NCBI GenBank assembly: GCA_037189525.1
Contig: JBBCJC010000003.1
Coordinates: 320,001-384,000 of the forward strand
Origin: Gemmatimonadales bacterium
GTDB lineage: Bacteria > Gemmatimonadota > Gemmatimonadetes > Gemmatimonadales > GWC2-71-9
Direction: 5' to 3'
DNA: 64,000 nucleotides
This document shows positions 55,529 to 64,000 of this stretch, piece by piece. Made by a program: the position numbers and the translations under genes. The notes under the pieces were generated by a model. That model was not told the origin of the DNA. It searched no databases and saw only the letters and a program-made list of their open reading frames with translations. The first letter of the stretch is position 1. Each line of letters begins with the position of its first letter.

Positions 55529-57040
55529 TCAGCGAGCGGGTGTCTGTCCCGATGACCGATCGATGTCGACTTTGATAGTGCGCCAGCGTCCCTGATTGAA
55601 GCGAAGGATGCTGAGGGCAGCGCGGGCGATATGGCCGGCCAGGATCGCCAGCCAGATGTCGATCGGATCGAGCCGGCTCAGATGCTGGACCGTAAAGCAG
55701 ATGCCGAGCGGGATGATGACCTGCGACACGATCGAGATGTAGAGCGGGCTCCTGGTGTCGCCCGTGCCCTGAAGCCCACCGGTGTAGGTCAGCGCCGACG
55801 CAATGAACAGGCCGGAGACACTCAGCACCCGCAGCAGCTCGACCCCGATCTCGACCACAGCCGGCTCCGTCATCCCGAAGATGGCGAGGAGTTGTCTCGG
55901 GAAGAACAGAAAGAAGAACCCGATGAACGCCGCGCCCGAGAGTCCGTAGCGGGCGGCGACGCGCACCGCCTGGTCGGCACGATCTGGATGGCCGGCGCCC
56001 AGGTTCTGCCCGGCTACCGCAGCGGCTGCTCCCATCAGGCCGACGGCGGTCCAGGTAATCAGCGAAAAGAGCTGAGTGTAGGCAATCGCAAAAGCGGCCT
56101 GGGCTGCGGCGCTCTGGGCCAGCGACCCGATGTAGCCGAGCATCAGGACGCCGCCGATGTTCATGGCAATGCCCTGCACGCCTGCCGGAAGGCCGAAACG
56201 GAAGAGCGATCGTATGATGGCCCAATCCGGTCCCCAGCCCTGGCCTCGCGGAAAGCGGACCACCCATCCGCCGGACCAGAGTTTCCAGAGGGCATAGCCG
56301 CTGACCAGCCAGGCCGCGAGCACGGTCCCCATGGCCGACCCGGCGGTGCCGAAGGCCGGAATCGGGCCGAGTCCCCGGATCAGTACCACATTGAAGAGCA
56401 GATTGAGCACCGTCATCACGATGCCGAGGATCATCGGCGTACGGGCATCGCCGGCGGAGCGGAGCACGCCGCCCAGCATGAAGTAGAGCATCATGCCGCC
56501 GCTGAATCCGAACATGATGCGCAGGAAGGGCAGCGCTTCCGCTTTGACCGCCGGCGTCGCGTTGACGAGATCGAGCAACCAGGGCGCGATGAAGTATCCG
56601 AGCGGACCCAGGATGCCGAAGGTCAGTCCGACGGTGGTCAGAAAGGCCTGATAGACGACGCGGTCGACCCGCGACTCGTCGCCGGCCCCGGCAAAGCGGG
56701 CCACCAGCACGCTCGCGCCGGTGTAGAGCGAGGACACGAAGACAATCACGACGAGGAGGATCTGCCAGGCCACCCCAATGGCCGCATTGGCCGCGAAGCC
56801 GATCAGGTGGCCGACCAGGACGTGATCGACGATTCCCTGTAGCCCGCCGATCACGTTGGTCAGCATGGTCGGCCAGGCGATCATCCAGACCGCCGGGACC
56901 AGCGGGCCCTCGACGATCGACCGATCATATCGGCCGCTCGACCGGGCGGGCGCGGCCGGCTCCACCGTGATCGGCGGTTCCACGCCCGGGGCGAGCGGTG
57001 GGGTACAGTCGGGGTCGTTACCCGTCGGGTGGCTGGTCAT
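55529..57040 (-). CDS. MATE family efflux transporter
   Basis: About 12 TM segments; IVD..LVG, VARFAGA, GDARTPM, GQNLGAG, GTGDTRSP. Confidence 0.92.
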   Translation of the reverse strand: MTSHPTGNDPDCTPPLAPGVEPPITVEPAAPARSSGRYDRSIVEGPLVPAVWMIAWPTMLTNVIGGLQGIVDHVLVGHLIGFAANAAIGVAWQILLVVIVFVSSLYTGASVLVARFAGAGDESRVDRVVYQAFLTTVGLTFGILGPLGYFIAPWLLDLVNATPAVKAEALPFLRIMFGFSGGMMLYFMLGGVLRSAGDARTPMILGIVMTVLNLLFNVVLIRGLGPIPAFGTAGSAMGTVLAAWLVSGYALWKLWSGGWVVRFPRGQGWGPDWAIIRSLFRFGLPAGVQGIAMNIGGVLMLGYIGSLAQSAAAQAAFAIAYTQLFSLITWTAVGLMGAAAAVAGQNLGAGHPDRADQAVRVAARYGLSGAAFIGFFFLFFPRQLLAIFGMTEPAVVEIGVELLRVLSVSGLFIASALTYTGGLQGTGDTRSPLYISIVSQVIIPLGICFTVQHLSRLDPIDIWLAILAGHIARAALSILRFNQGRWRTIKVDIDRSSGQTPAR

Positions 57041-57248
57041 CGGCCGGAAAAGTATGAAGGGAGGCCATTCTGGCCTAGGCGGCGGGCGGCCCGCCGATCC
57101 CAAGTCACGGCCAGGCAACGCCAGCGGGCGACTTTGTCGGCCGTTCAGGTCGGGGCAGTGGCGGAATTGCCAATCGGGGGCGTAAGGATTAGCCTTCAGG
57201 TCTGCTAAGTTGTTGTGTCACTTGCGATTCAGGGACACCAGGGCACCT

Positions 57249-57887
57249 GTGAAACTGGTCATCAAGCCGCTCGAGCGGGCCTACTTTGCGGTCACGGATC
57301 CGATCGTGACCTGGCTGCTCAGGCTCCGGGTCCGCCCCAATACGCTGACGACGATCGGCGCTTTGGTCGTGGTTGCGTCCGGAGTGGCCTTTGCCTTGGG
57401 CTGGATTCGCACCGGTGGCGCCGTGCTGTTGTTGTCCGGCATCGTCGATACCTTCGACGGCGCCGTCGCGCGGCGGAGTGGTCAGGTCTCCAAGTTCGGA
57501 GCCTTCTACGACTCCACCCTCGATCGAGTCGGTGACGGTGCCACGTTCATGGGTATTGCCGTCTATCTGCTCACGGCCCCCGACATCACCGGCCGGGTCG
57601 AGTGGACGGTGGTCTGTATGGTGGCGATCGTCAGCGCGCTGATCGTCTCGTACGCCCGGGCGCGCGCCGAGGGACTGGGCATCGACTGCAAGGTGGGCAT
57701 CGTGCAGCGCGCCGAGCGGCTCCTCGCCGTCGGCGTGCCGACGCTGTTCGTCGGGGCGGGGTCGAACGCCATCGTGCTCAAGGTGATCGTGGCCGCGCTG
57801 GCTCTGGCGTCGACGATCACGGTCGTGCAGCGCTTTGTCTACATGTATCAGGTAACCGAAGGTCAATCCGGCGGCGATACGCCGTAA
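57249..57887 (+). CDS. CDP-alcohol phosphatidyltransferase (phosphatidylinositol-phosphate synthase-like)
   Basis: PNTLT; DxxDGxxAR-x7-GxxxDxxxD signature; VSYARARAE, R.ER. Confidence 0.88.
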   Translation: MKLVIKPLERAYFAVTDPIVTWLLRLRVRPNTLTTIGALVVVASGVAFALGWIRTGGAVLLLSGIVDTFDGAVARRSGQVSKFGAFYDSTLDRVGDGATFMGIAVYLLTAPDITGRVEWTVVCMVAIVSALIVSYARARAEGLGIDCKVGIVQRAERLLAVGVPTLFVGAGSNAIVLKVIVAALALASTITVVQRFVYMYQVTEGQSGGDTP

Positions 57888-57943
57888 CGAACCATCATGC
57901 GGTATGCCGGCCCGGCATCGGGCCGTTGACGAAAGGATCGAAC

Positions 57944-59275
57944 GTGCCTCAAGGAACTCCTCGCCCCATTCAGCCCGCGTCCGGCAAGCTCGGTGTGCTC
58001 TGCGTCGGGCTCGGCGCCGTGGCGTCGACTTTCATCGCGGGTGTCGAGAACGTCCGCCGCGGTCGCGCGCAGGCGACCGGCTCTCTGACGCAGCTGGCGA
58101 CGATTCGCCTGGGCAAGCGGACCGACAAGCGGGCGCCGCTGATCAAGGATTTCGTGCCGCTGTCGAAGCTCGACGATCTGGTCTTCGGCGCCTGGGATCC
58201 GGTGCCGGATGACTGCTACCAGTCGGCGCTCCATTGCGGCGTGCTCGACAAGTACGAGCATGTCGAGCCGATTGCCGACTTCCTCAAGTCGGTCAAGCCG
58301 ATGCCGGCCGCGTTCGACCAGCACTACGTCAAGCGGCTCCAGGGCACCAACATCAAGAAGGGCACCAAGCGGCAGATGGCCGACGAGCTCCGGAAGGACA
58401 TCCGGGACTTCAAGGCCAAAAACGGCTGTGACCGGCTGGTGATGGTCTGGTGCGCCTCGACCGAGATCTTCATTACGCCCGGCCCTGCGCACCAGACGCT
58501 CGAGGCGTTCGAAAAGGCCATCGACGCCAACGATCCGTCGATTGCGCCGTCGATGCTCTATGCCTACGCCTCGATCATGGAAGGGGTGCCGTTTGCCAAT
58601 GGCGCGCCGAACCTGAGCTGCGACTTCCCGGCGCTCGAGAAGCTGGCGCTCGACAAGAAGGTCGCAATCGGTGGCAAGGACTTCAAGACCGGTCAGACGA
58701 TGCTCAAGACGGTGTTGTCGCCGATGTTCAAGGCGCGCATGCTGGGCGTGTCGGGCTGGTACTCGACCAACATCCTGGGTAACCGCGACGGCGAAGTGCT
58801 CGACGATCCGGAGAGCTTCAAGACCAAGGAAGAGTCGAAGCTGGGCGTGCTCGAGCACATCCTGCAGCCCGAGGTGTATCCCGAGCTGTACGCCAAGCTC
58901 TACCACAAGGTGCGGATCAACTACTATCCGCCGCGGGGCGACAATAAAGAGGGCTGGGACAACATCGACATCTTCGGATGGCTCGGCTATCCGATGCAGA
59001 TCAAGGTCGATTTCCTCTGTCGCGACTCGATCCTGGCCGCGCCGCTGGTGCTCGACCTGGCGCTCTTCTTCGACCTGGCGCAGCGAGCCGGGATGGCCGG
59101 GGTGCAGGAGTGGCTCTCGTTCTACTTCAAGAGCCCGCAGACTGCGCCCGGGCTCTACGCCGAGCACGATCTGTTCATCCAGCAGACCAAGCTCAAGAAC
59201 ACGCTCCGTTATCTTATGGGCGAGGCCGCGATTACCCATCTCGGCGTGGAGTACTACGACTACGGCAAGGAGTGA
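57944..59275 (+). CDS. ino1: Inositol-3-phosphate synthase
   Basis: GLGAVAST, ASTE, NGAPN, GKDFKTGQT, NILGNRDG, GDNKEGWD, CRDSILAAPL, FYFKSP; SD AAAGGA. Confidence 0.93.
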   Translation: MPQGTPRPIQPASGKLGVLCVGLGAVASTFIAGVENVRRGRAQATGSLTQLATIRLGKRTDKRAPLIKDFVPLSKLDDLVFGAWDPVPDDCYQSALHCGVLDKYEHVEPIADFLKSVKPMPAAFDQHYVKRLQGTNIKKGTKRQMADELRKDIRDFKAKNGCDRLVMVWCASTEIFITPGPAHQTLEAFEKAIDANDPSIAPSMLYAYASIMEGVPFANGAPNLSCDFPALEKLALDKKVAIGGKDFKTGQTMLKTVLSPMFKARMLGVSGWYSTNILGNRDGEVLDDPESFKTKEESKLGVLEHILQPEVYPELYAKLYHKVRINYYPPRGDNKEGWDNIDIFGWLGYPMQIKVDFLCRDSILAAPLVLDLALFFDLAQRAGMAGVQEWLSFYFKSPQTAPGLYAEHDLFIQQTKLKNTLRYLMGEAAITHLGVEYYDYGKE

Positions 59276-59287
59276 GGTGCCTGGACG

Positions 59288-59578
59288 ATGAAATACTTTC
59301 ACCGGACTTCCGCCACGCCCGATGAGGTGGTCGCGAAAGCGGCCGAGTTCTTCGGGGCGCGGATGCAGCGAACGGAAGAGGGGGCGCGGCGGTTGCGCTT
59401 TGCCGGAGCGATCGGCCAGCTGAGCGTGAGTGTGCTGGCCGAAGGCGGGCACTACACGCTCGTCACGGTCGAGACCAACCAGCCCGGCGAAAGCGAAATC
59501 GACAAGCTCGCCAAGCGGTTCCTGGCGACGGTGCACACGCTGGTTCACGAGCATCACGCGATTCGCGGAAGCTACTGA
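59288..59578 (+). CDS. Hypothetical protein (96 aa)
   Basis: Clean ORF with SD-like GAGGT, 12 nt after ino1 and followed by a terminator. Confidence 0.7.
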   Translation: MKYFHRTSATPDEVVAKAAEFFGARMQRTEEGARRLRFAGAIGQLSVSVLAEGGHYTLVTVETNQPGESEIDKLAKRFLATVHTLVHEHHAIRGSY

Positions 59579-59604
59579 GGCGTTCACCTCGATGCGGTAT
59601 CAGG

Positions 59605-59641
59605 GCGGTCGGCCGATGCTTCGGCCGGCCGCTTTTCTTTT
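59605..59641 (+). terminator. Intrinsic terminator of the inositol lipid operon
   Basis: 12-bp stem GCGGTCGGCCGA/TCGGCCGGCCGC followed by TTTTCTTTT. Confidence 0.85.
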
Positions 59642-59728
59642 GGCGGGTGCAACCGTGCCAAGGTGGATCGTCAGCACTGTAAGGGCCTGGGGATGCCGGC
59701 CTGACCATTCCATTGCAACGGAGGCGTC

Positions 59729-60850
59729 ATGGCACGCGCAGAGAGCACCAGCAAGCGGATCAGATATGCCGTCGTCGGACTGGGGCACATTTCCCAGGTC
59801 GCGCTGCTACCGGCCATGGCCAAAGCCAAGGCCAACAGCGAGCTCGCGGCGCTGGTTTCGGGAGACAGGACCAAGTTGCGCCGGCTCGGGCGGAAGTATC
59901 GGGTGGACACCCTGATCGACTACAAGGGGTTCGATGCGCTGATGGAAAGTGGCGACATCGATGCGGTCTACATCGGTCTCCCCAACCATCTCCATCGGGA
60001 CTTCGTGATTCGCGCCGCACGGGCTGGAGTACACGTACTCTGCGAGAAGCCGCTCGGTCTCGATGCGCGGGAATGCCGGGATATGATCCGCGCCTGCGAA
60101 CGGAACAATGTCCGTCTGATGGTGGCCTACCGCCTCCATTTTGCGCCTTCCAACCTGCGGGCAATCGAGGAAATCCGGTCGGGGGCGCTGGGGCCGATTC
60201 GTATTGTCGACTCCGTCTTCTCGATGCAGGTCCGGGCCGGAAATATCCGGCTCGGTCCGACCCGGCTGGGCGGCGGTACCGTCTACGACATCGGGATCTA
60301 CTGCATCAACGCCGCGCGCTATCTCTTCCGCGCCGAGCCGGAGGAAGTCGTGGCATTTCAGGGAAACAACGGCCAGAAACGATTCCGCAAAGCCGATGAG
60401 GCAACCGGCGGGCTCCTGCGGTTTCCCGGGGGCGGCCTGGCGACCTTCGTAAGCAGCTTCGGCGCGGCCGATGTTTCGCGATACGAGGTGGTGGGGAGCA
60501 AGGGCAAGTTGCTGCTGGAGCAGGCCTTCGGGTACTCGAAGCCGTCCCGACTGACGGTCACGACCGAGCGCGGCACCCGGGTGCATGAGTTCGCGGCCAG
60601 CGATCAGTTCGCGCCCGAAGTGCTGCACTTTTCCGAGTGCATCCTCGAGGGACGTATTCCGGGGCCTGCCGGGGAGGAGGGCCTGGCCGATGCTCTGGTC
60701 ATCGATGCGCTCCACCGCTCGGCCCGATCCGGCCGATCCGTCATTCTGGCGCCTTTTGAGCGGACCCGGCGGCCGACCGGTGCTCAGATGAGACGGAAAC
60801 CGCGGTCTCCCAAGCCCAAGGTCGTTCGGGCTGAGCCGCCGCGTCGCTGA
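59729..60850 (+). CDS. Gfo/Idh/MocA oxidoreductase (glucose-fructose oxidoreductase-like)
   Basis: YAVVGLG, DAVYI.LPN..H, HVLCEKP, GGG.VYDIGIYCINA. Confidence 0.9.
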   Translation: MARAESTSKRIRYAVVGLGHISQVALLPAMAKAKANSELAALVSGDRTKLRRLGRKYRVDTLIDYKGFDALMESGDIDAVYIGLPNHLHRDFVIRAARAGVHVLCEKPLGLDARECRDMIRACERNNVRLMVAYRLHFAPSNLRAIEEIRSGALGPIRIVDSVFSMQVRAGNIRLGPTRLGGGTVYDIGIYCINAARYLFRAEPEEVVAFQGNNGQKRFRKADEATGGLLRFPGGGLATFVSSFGAADVSRYEVVGSKGKLLLEQAFGYSKPSRLTVTTERGTRVHEFAASDQFAPEVLHFSECILEGRIPGPAGEEGLADALVIDALHRSARSGRSVILAPFERTRRPTGAQMRRKPRSPKPKVVRAEPPRR

Positions 60851-60970
60851 ACGGAGGCCGGTGGGGGAAGGTTCCGGCTTCGCGGGGCGCGAAGGCCGGG
60901 TCGCTTGACTCCGCATGGCGACGGGTAAATCTTTACAGGTTCTCAGGTTACGCGTTCTAGCGACAGGGCA

Positions 60971-62017
60971 ATGGCCGCTCCTACTACGACATCGACGTCC
61001 CGGCCGATTCCGGCCGGTCTGACCCAGGCGCAACTCCACGAGCTGTACTATTGGATGCGCCTCACCCGGTCGCTTGAAGAGAAACTGGTCAATCTGTATC
61101 GGCAGACCAAAGTGGTGGGCGGACTGTTCCGCTCGCTTGGTCAGGAGGCGGACTCGGTCGGCAGCGCCTTTGCGCTCGATCGAAGCAAGGGCGACATCCT
61201 GTCGCCGCTGATCCGGAACCTGGGGTCGATGCTGGTGCAGGGAGCCACCCCGATCGAGGTGCTCCGCCAGTACATGGCCAAGGCCGAGAGCCCGACCCGG
61301 GGCCGCGAGCTCAACATCCACTTCAACGATTTGCAGCGCGGCTTCCTGGGGCAGATCTCGCACCTGGGTGACATGGTGCCCGTGATGTGCGGGGTGACGA
61401 TGTCATTCAAGATGCGCCGTCAGCCGCGGGTGGGCATGGTCTACATCGGCGATGGAGCGATGAGTACCGGCGCGTTCCACGAGGGGATCAACTTTGCGGC
61501 GGTCCAGAAGCTGCCGCTGGTGATCATCTGCGAGAACAACGGTTACGCTTACTCCACCCCGATGTACAAGCAGACGGCGGTCAAGTTCCTGGTGGAGAAG
61601 GCGGCGGGCTACGGGGTCGTGGGTGATCAGGCCGACGGGAACGATGTCCTGGCGGTCTATGAAACGACCAAACGGGCGGTCGACCGCGCTCGCGCGGGCG
61701 AAGGGGTGACGCTGATCGAGCTGATCACCTTCCGCCGCAAGGGCCACGCGGAGCACGACAACCAGTCGTATGTGACGCCCGAGGAAATCAAAGCGTGGGA
61801 AGCGCGCGATCCGATCGACCGTTTCGTCCGCCAGTTGGGCGAGAACGGCTGGGCGACGGCTGCGGAGCTTGCGGCTATCGACGAGCGGATCGTCGCTGAG
61901 ATCGACGCGGCCGTGGCGCTCTGCGAAGATGAACCGTTCCCGGCGGCGGAGTCGGCGTTAGGCGGCGTGATGGCGTCGCCCGACAGCGCCGAGCTCGAGT
62001 GGTATCGGAGGCTGTGA
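60971..62017 (+). CDS. 2-oxoacid dehydrogenase E1 alpha subunit (pyruvate or branched-chain)
   Basis: GQEA, TPP motif GDGA..ENN, GHAEHD, RDPI. Confidence 0.92.
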   Translation: MAAPTTTSTSRPIPAGLTQAQLHELYYWMRLTRSLEEKLVNLYRQTKVVGGLFRSLGQEADSVGSAFALDRSKGDILSPLIRNLGSMLVQGATPIEVLRQYMAKAESPTRGRELNIHFNDLQRGFLGQISHLGDMVPVMCGVTMSFKMRRQPRVGMVYIGDGAMSTGAFHEGINFAAVQKLPLVIICENNGYAYSTPMYKQTAVKFLVEKAAGYGVVGDQADGNDVLAVYETTKRAVDRARAGEGVTLIELITFRRKGHAEHDNQSYVTPEEIKAWEARDPIDRFVRQLGENGWATAAELAAIDERIVAEIDAAVALCEDEPFPAAESALGGVMASPDSAELEWYRRL

Positions 62018-62020
62018 GCG

Positions 62021-63001
62021 ATGGCTGAGCGTACGTATCTCGAGGCGATCCACGACGGGCTGGAAGAAGAACTGGCCCGGGACGAGAACGTCTTCATGAT
62101 GGGCGAGGATATCGGAGCCTTTGGTGGCGCCTTCAAGGTGACCGACGGGTTCCAGAAGCGCTTCGGCGCGGAGCGTATCATCGATGCGCCGATTTCCGAA
62201 GTCGCCATCGTCGGGGCGGCGGCCGGGGCAGCCCATATGGGACTGCGGCCGGTCTGTGAGATGCAGTTCATCGACTTCCTGTCCTGCGCCTACTCCATCA
62301 TCACCAACTACGTTGCCACCGCGCGGTATCGGGCCGATCTCAAGACCCCGATGGTGATTCGCGGTCCGTCCGGCGGGTTCGTACGGGGCGGCCCGTTCCA
62401 TTCGCAGAATCCGGAAGCTGCGTATCTGCATACGCCGGGGATCAAGATCGTCTCGCCGGCCACGGCGCGGGATGCGAAGGGGCTGATCAAGTCGGCCATT
62501 CGGGATGATGATCCGGTGCTCTACTTCGAGCACAAGTATCTCTACCGCCGCATCAAGGACGAGCTGCCCGAGGGCGAAGAGATTCTCACCCCGATCGGGA
62601 AGGCGCGGGTGGCGCGCGAGGGCAAGGACCTCACCATCGTCACCTATTCGGCGATGGTCTGGAAGGCGCTCGAAGCGGCCGAGCAGATTGCCAAGGACGA
62701 TGGGGCCTCGGTCGAAGTGCTCGATCTGCGGACGCTGTTGCCCATCGACGATGCGGCCATCGTCGCGAGCGTCAAGAAGACCAATCGGGTCCTGATCGTG
62801 CATGAGGATACCCGAACCGGCGGGATGGCGGGGGAGATTGCGGCGCGGATCAACGAGCAGTGTTTCGAATGGCTCGATGCGCCGATTCGTCGGGTCTGCG
62901 CGCACGACGTGCCGCTGCCCTATGCACCGACACTGGAAGATTTCGTGCTGCCGCAGACGGAGGACATCGTCAAAGCGGCGCGGTGGATGCTGGCTTACTG
63001 A
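62021..63001 (+). CDS. 2-oxoacid dehydrogenase E1 beta subunit
   Basis: GEDIG..GGAF, PISE, EMQF.DF, HSQ, FEHK.LY, DLRTL.P.D, LDAPI.R. Confidence 0.93.
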   Translation: MAERTYLEAIHDGLEEELARDENVFMMGEDIGAFGGAFKVTDGFQKRFGAERIIDAPISEVAIVGAAAGAAHMGLRPVCEMQFIDFLSCAYSIITNYVATARYRADLKTPMVIRGPSGGFVRGGPFHSQNPEAAYLHTPGIKIVSPATARDAKGLIKSAIRDDDPVLYFEHKYLYRRIKDELPEGEEILTPIGKARVAREGKDLTIVTYSAMVWKALEAAEQIAKDDGASVEVLDLRTLLPIDDAAIVASVKKTNRVLIVHEDTRTGGMAGEIAARINEQCFEWLDAPIRRVCAHDVPLPYAPTLEDFVLPQTEDIVKAARWMLAY

Positions 63002-63052
63002 GCAAACCGGGGCGCGCGGTGGACGCGGACCCCTACGAGGAGTAGAGATACG

Positions 63053-64000
63053 ATGGCGCGAATCGACGTAGTGATGCCGCAGATGGGCGAATCGATTGCC
63101 GAGGGCACCCTGTCCAAGTGGCTCAAGAAAGTCGGCGATACGGTCAAGCGTGACGAGCCGATCTTCGAGATTTCGACGGACAAAGTCGACGCCGAGATCC
63201 CGGCGCCGAGTGCCGGTGTCCTGGCGGAGATCCTGGTCACCGAAGGCCAGACGGTTCCGATTCAGACGGTGGTGGCGCGGCTCGAGACCGAGGCTGGCGC
63301 GGTTGCTGCGCCTGCAGCCCCGACTCCCGCAGCACCCGCTGCCGCTGCCGCGCCTCCGGTTCCGGCAGCTCCCGCAGCCCCGGCGAAGTCTGCCGCTCCT
63401 GCGGCGCCGGCAGTTCCCACGGCGGCGGTGGCTTCCGCCGATGAATCATTGGAAGACCGGTTGCGCCGTCGCTCGACGCCGGTGGTGCGAAAGATTGCGG
63501 CGGAGCACGGCCTCGACATCGCGGCCATTCCCGGATCCGGCCTGGCCGGCCGGGTTACCAAGCAGGATGTCCTCAGCTTCATCGAGTCGGGTGGCGACGG
63601 CGCCGCCGCGCCTGCTGCGCAACCGAGTGCGCCTGCCGCCGCGCCGGCCCCCGTGGCCGCGGCGGCTCCGGTGCAGCCGGTTGCCGGCGGGGTCGCGGTG
63701 ATTCCCGGACCGGTGGTCGAGCCGTGGGAAGGCGACCGGGTCGAGCAGTGGTCGCGGATCCGCAAGCTGACGGCCGATCACATGATCATGTCGCGCCGGG
63801 TCTCGCCGCATGTTTCGAGTTTGATCGAGATCGACTACACCCGGGTGGCGCAGGTCCGCGCCAAGCGCAAGGCCGAGTTTGCCGAGCGCGGGGTCAACCT
63901 GACCTTCCTGGCCTTCGTGATCAAAGCGGTGGCCGAGAATCTCCGGAAGCATCCGATCGTCAACTCGGCGGTGATGGGTGAGTCGACCATTTTCCGTCGC
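63053..64000 (+). CDS. Dihydrolipoamide acyltransferase E2 (3' truncated by window)
   Basis: MPQMGESIAEGT..W.K..GD, lipoyl motif STDKVDAE, Ala/Pro linkers, E3-binding STPVVRKIA..GSG..GRVTK.D; absent from the ORF track because it has no stop in the window. Confidence 0.93.
   Translation, partial: MARIDVVMPQMGESIAEGTLSKWLKKVGDTVKRDEPIFEISTDKVDAEIPAPSAGVLAEILVTEGQTVPIQTVVARLETEAGAVAAPAAPTPAAPAAAAAPPVPAAPAAPAKSAAPAAPAVPTAAVASADESLEDRLRRRSTPVVRKIAAEHGLDIAAIPGSGLAGRVTKQDVLSFIESGGDGAAAPAAQPSAPAAAPAPVAAAAPVQPVAGGVAVIPGPVVEPWEGDRVEQWSRIRKLTADHMIMSRRVSPHVSSLIEIDYTRVAQVRAKRKAEFAERGVNLTFLAFVIKAVAENLRKHPIVNSAVMGESTIFRR

Noticed and set aside
57863..59587. 574-aa minus-strand ORF
   Set aside because: Antisense to ino1; no motifs.
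59729..60850. Gfo/Idh/MocA gene as an inositol dehydrogenase of the ino1 operon
   Set aside because: Separated by a strong terminator and more GFOR-like; no support for inositol specificity.
59807..61363. 518-aa minus-strand ORF
   Set aside because: Antisense to the Gfo oxidoreductase and E1 alpha genes.
63290..63440. GC-rich low-complexity repeats
   Set aside because: Normal Ala/Pro linker of E2 acyltransferases.
1..64000. CRISPR arrays, tRNA/rRNA, transposases, prophage, defence systems
   Set aside because: No repeat-spacer arrays, cloverleafs or signature proteins recognised by eye; tRNAscan, cmscan and DefenseFinder were not run.

Overview
A gene-dense, very GC-rich bacterial chromosomal segment with about 67 CDS. 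The gene repertoire (tandem DUF4097 proteins, short FCB-type RpoD, DUF2232 in the rpsF-rpsR-rplI operon, WD40-Omp85) suggests Gemmatimonadota, by inference only. It is mostly core genome: comM-like ATPase, pxpABC, arfB, thpR, NtrC-type regulator, sigma-70, yajQ, the rpmE-prfA-prmC-ylbF-tmk operon, lolA, panB, aroF, smc, rsfS, rplI/rpsR/rpsF, inositol-3-phosphate synthase with a CDP-alcohol phosphotransferase, and 2-oxoacid dehydrogenase E1a/E1b/E2 (truncated by the window end). Small accessory modules are interspersed (HTH-P450-ferredoxin, TetR-SDR, MarR-SRPBCC). I found no rRNA, tRNA, CRISPR array, transposase, integrase or phage gene. The best leads are: (1) a sigma-54 promoter followed about 70 nt later by a terminator, a candidate unannotated sRNA or attenuator (7078-7241); (2) an S41 protease homolog lacking both catalytic residues inside a translation operon; (3) a CRP box between crp and the rpmE-prfA operon, next to an MBL hydrolase; (4) a metallopeptidase/beta-propeller/Omp85 fusion; (5) a P450-ferredoxin-panB unit; (6) a phosphatidylinositol-type lipid operon; (7) a recurring TAnnTTT promoter element with leaderless genes. 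All calls come from reading motifs by eye; no database search was run, and adjusted start codons are estimates.
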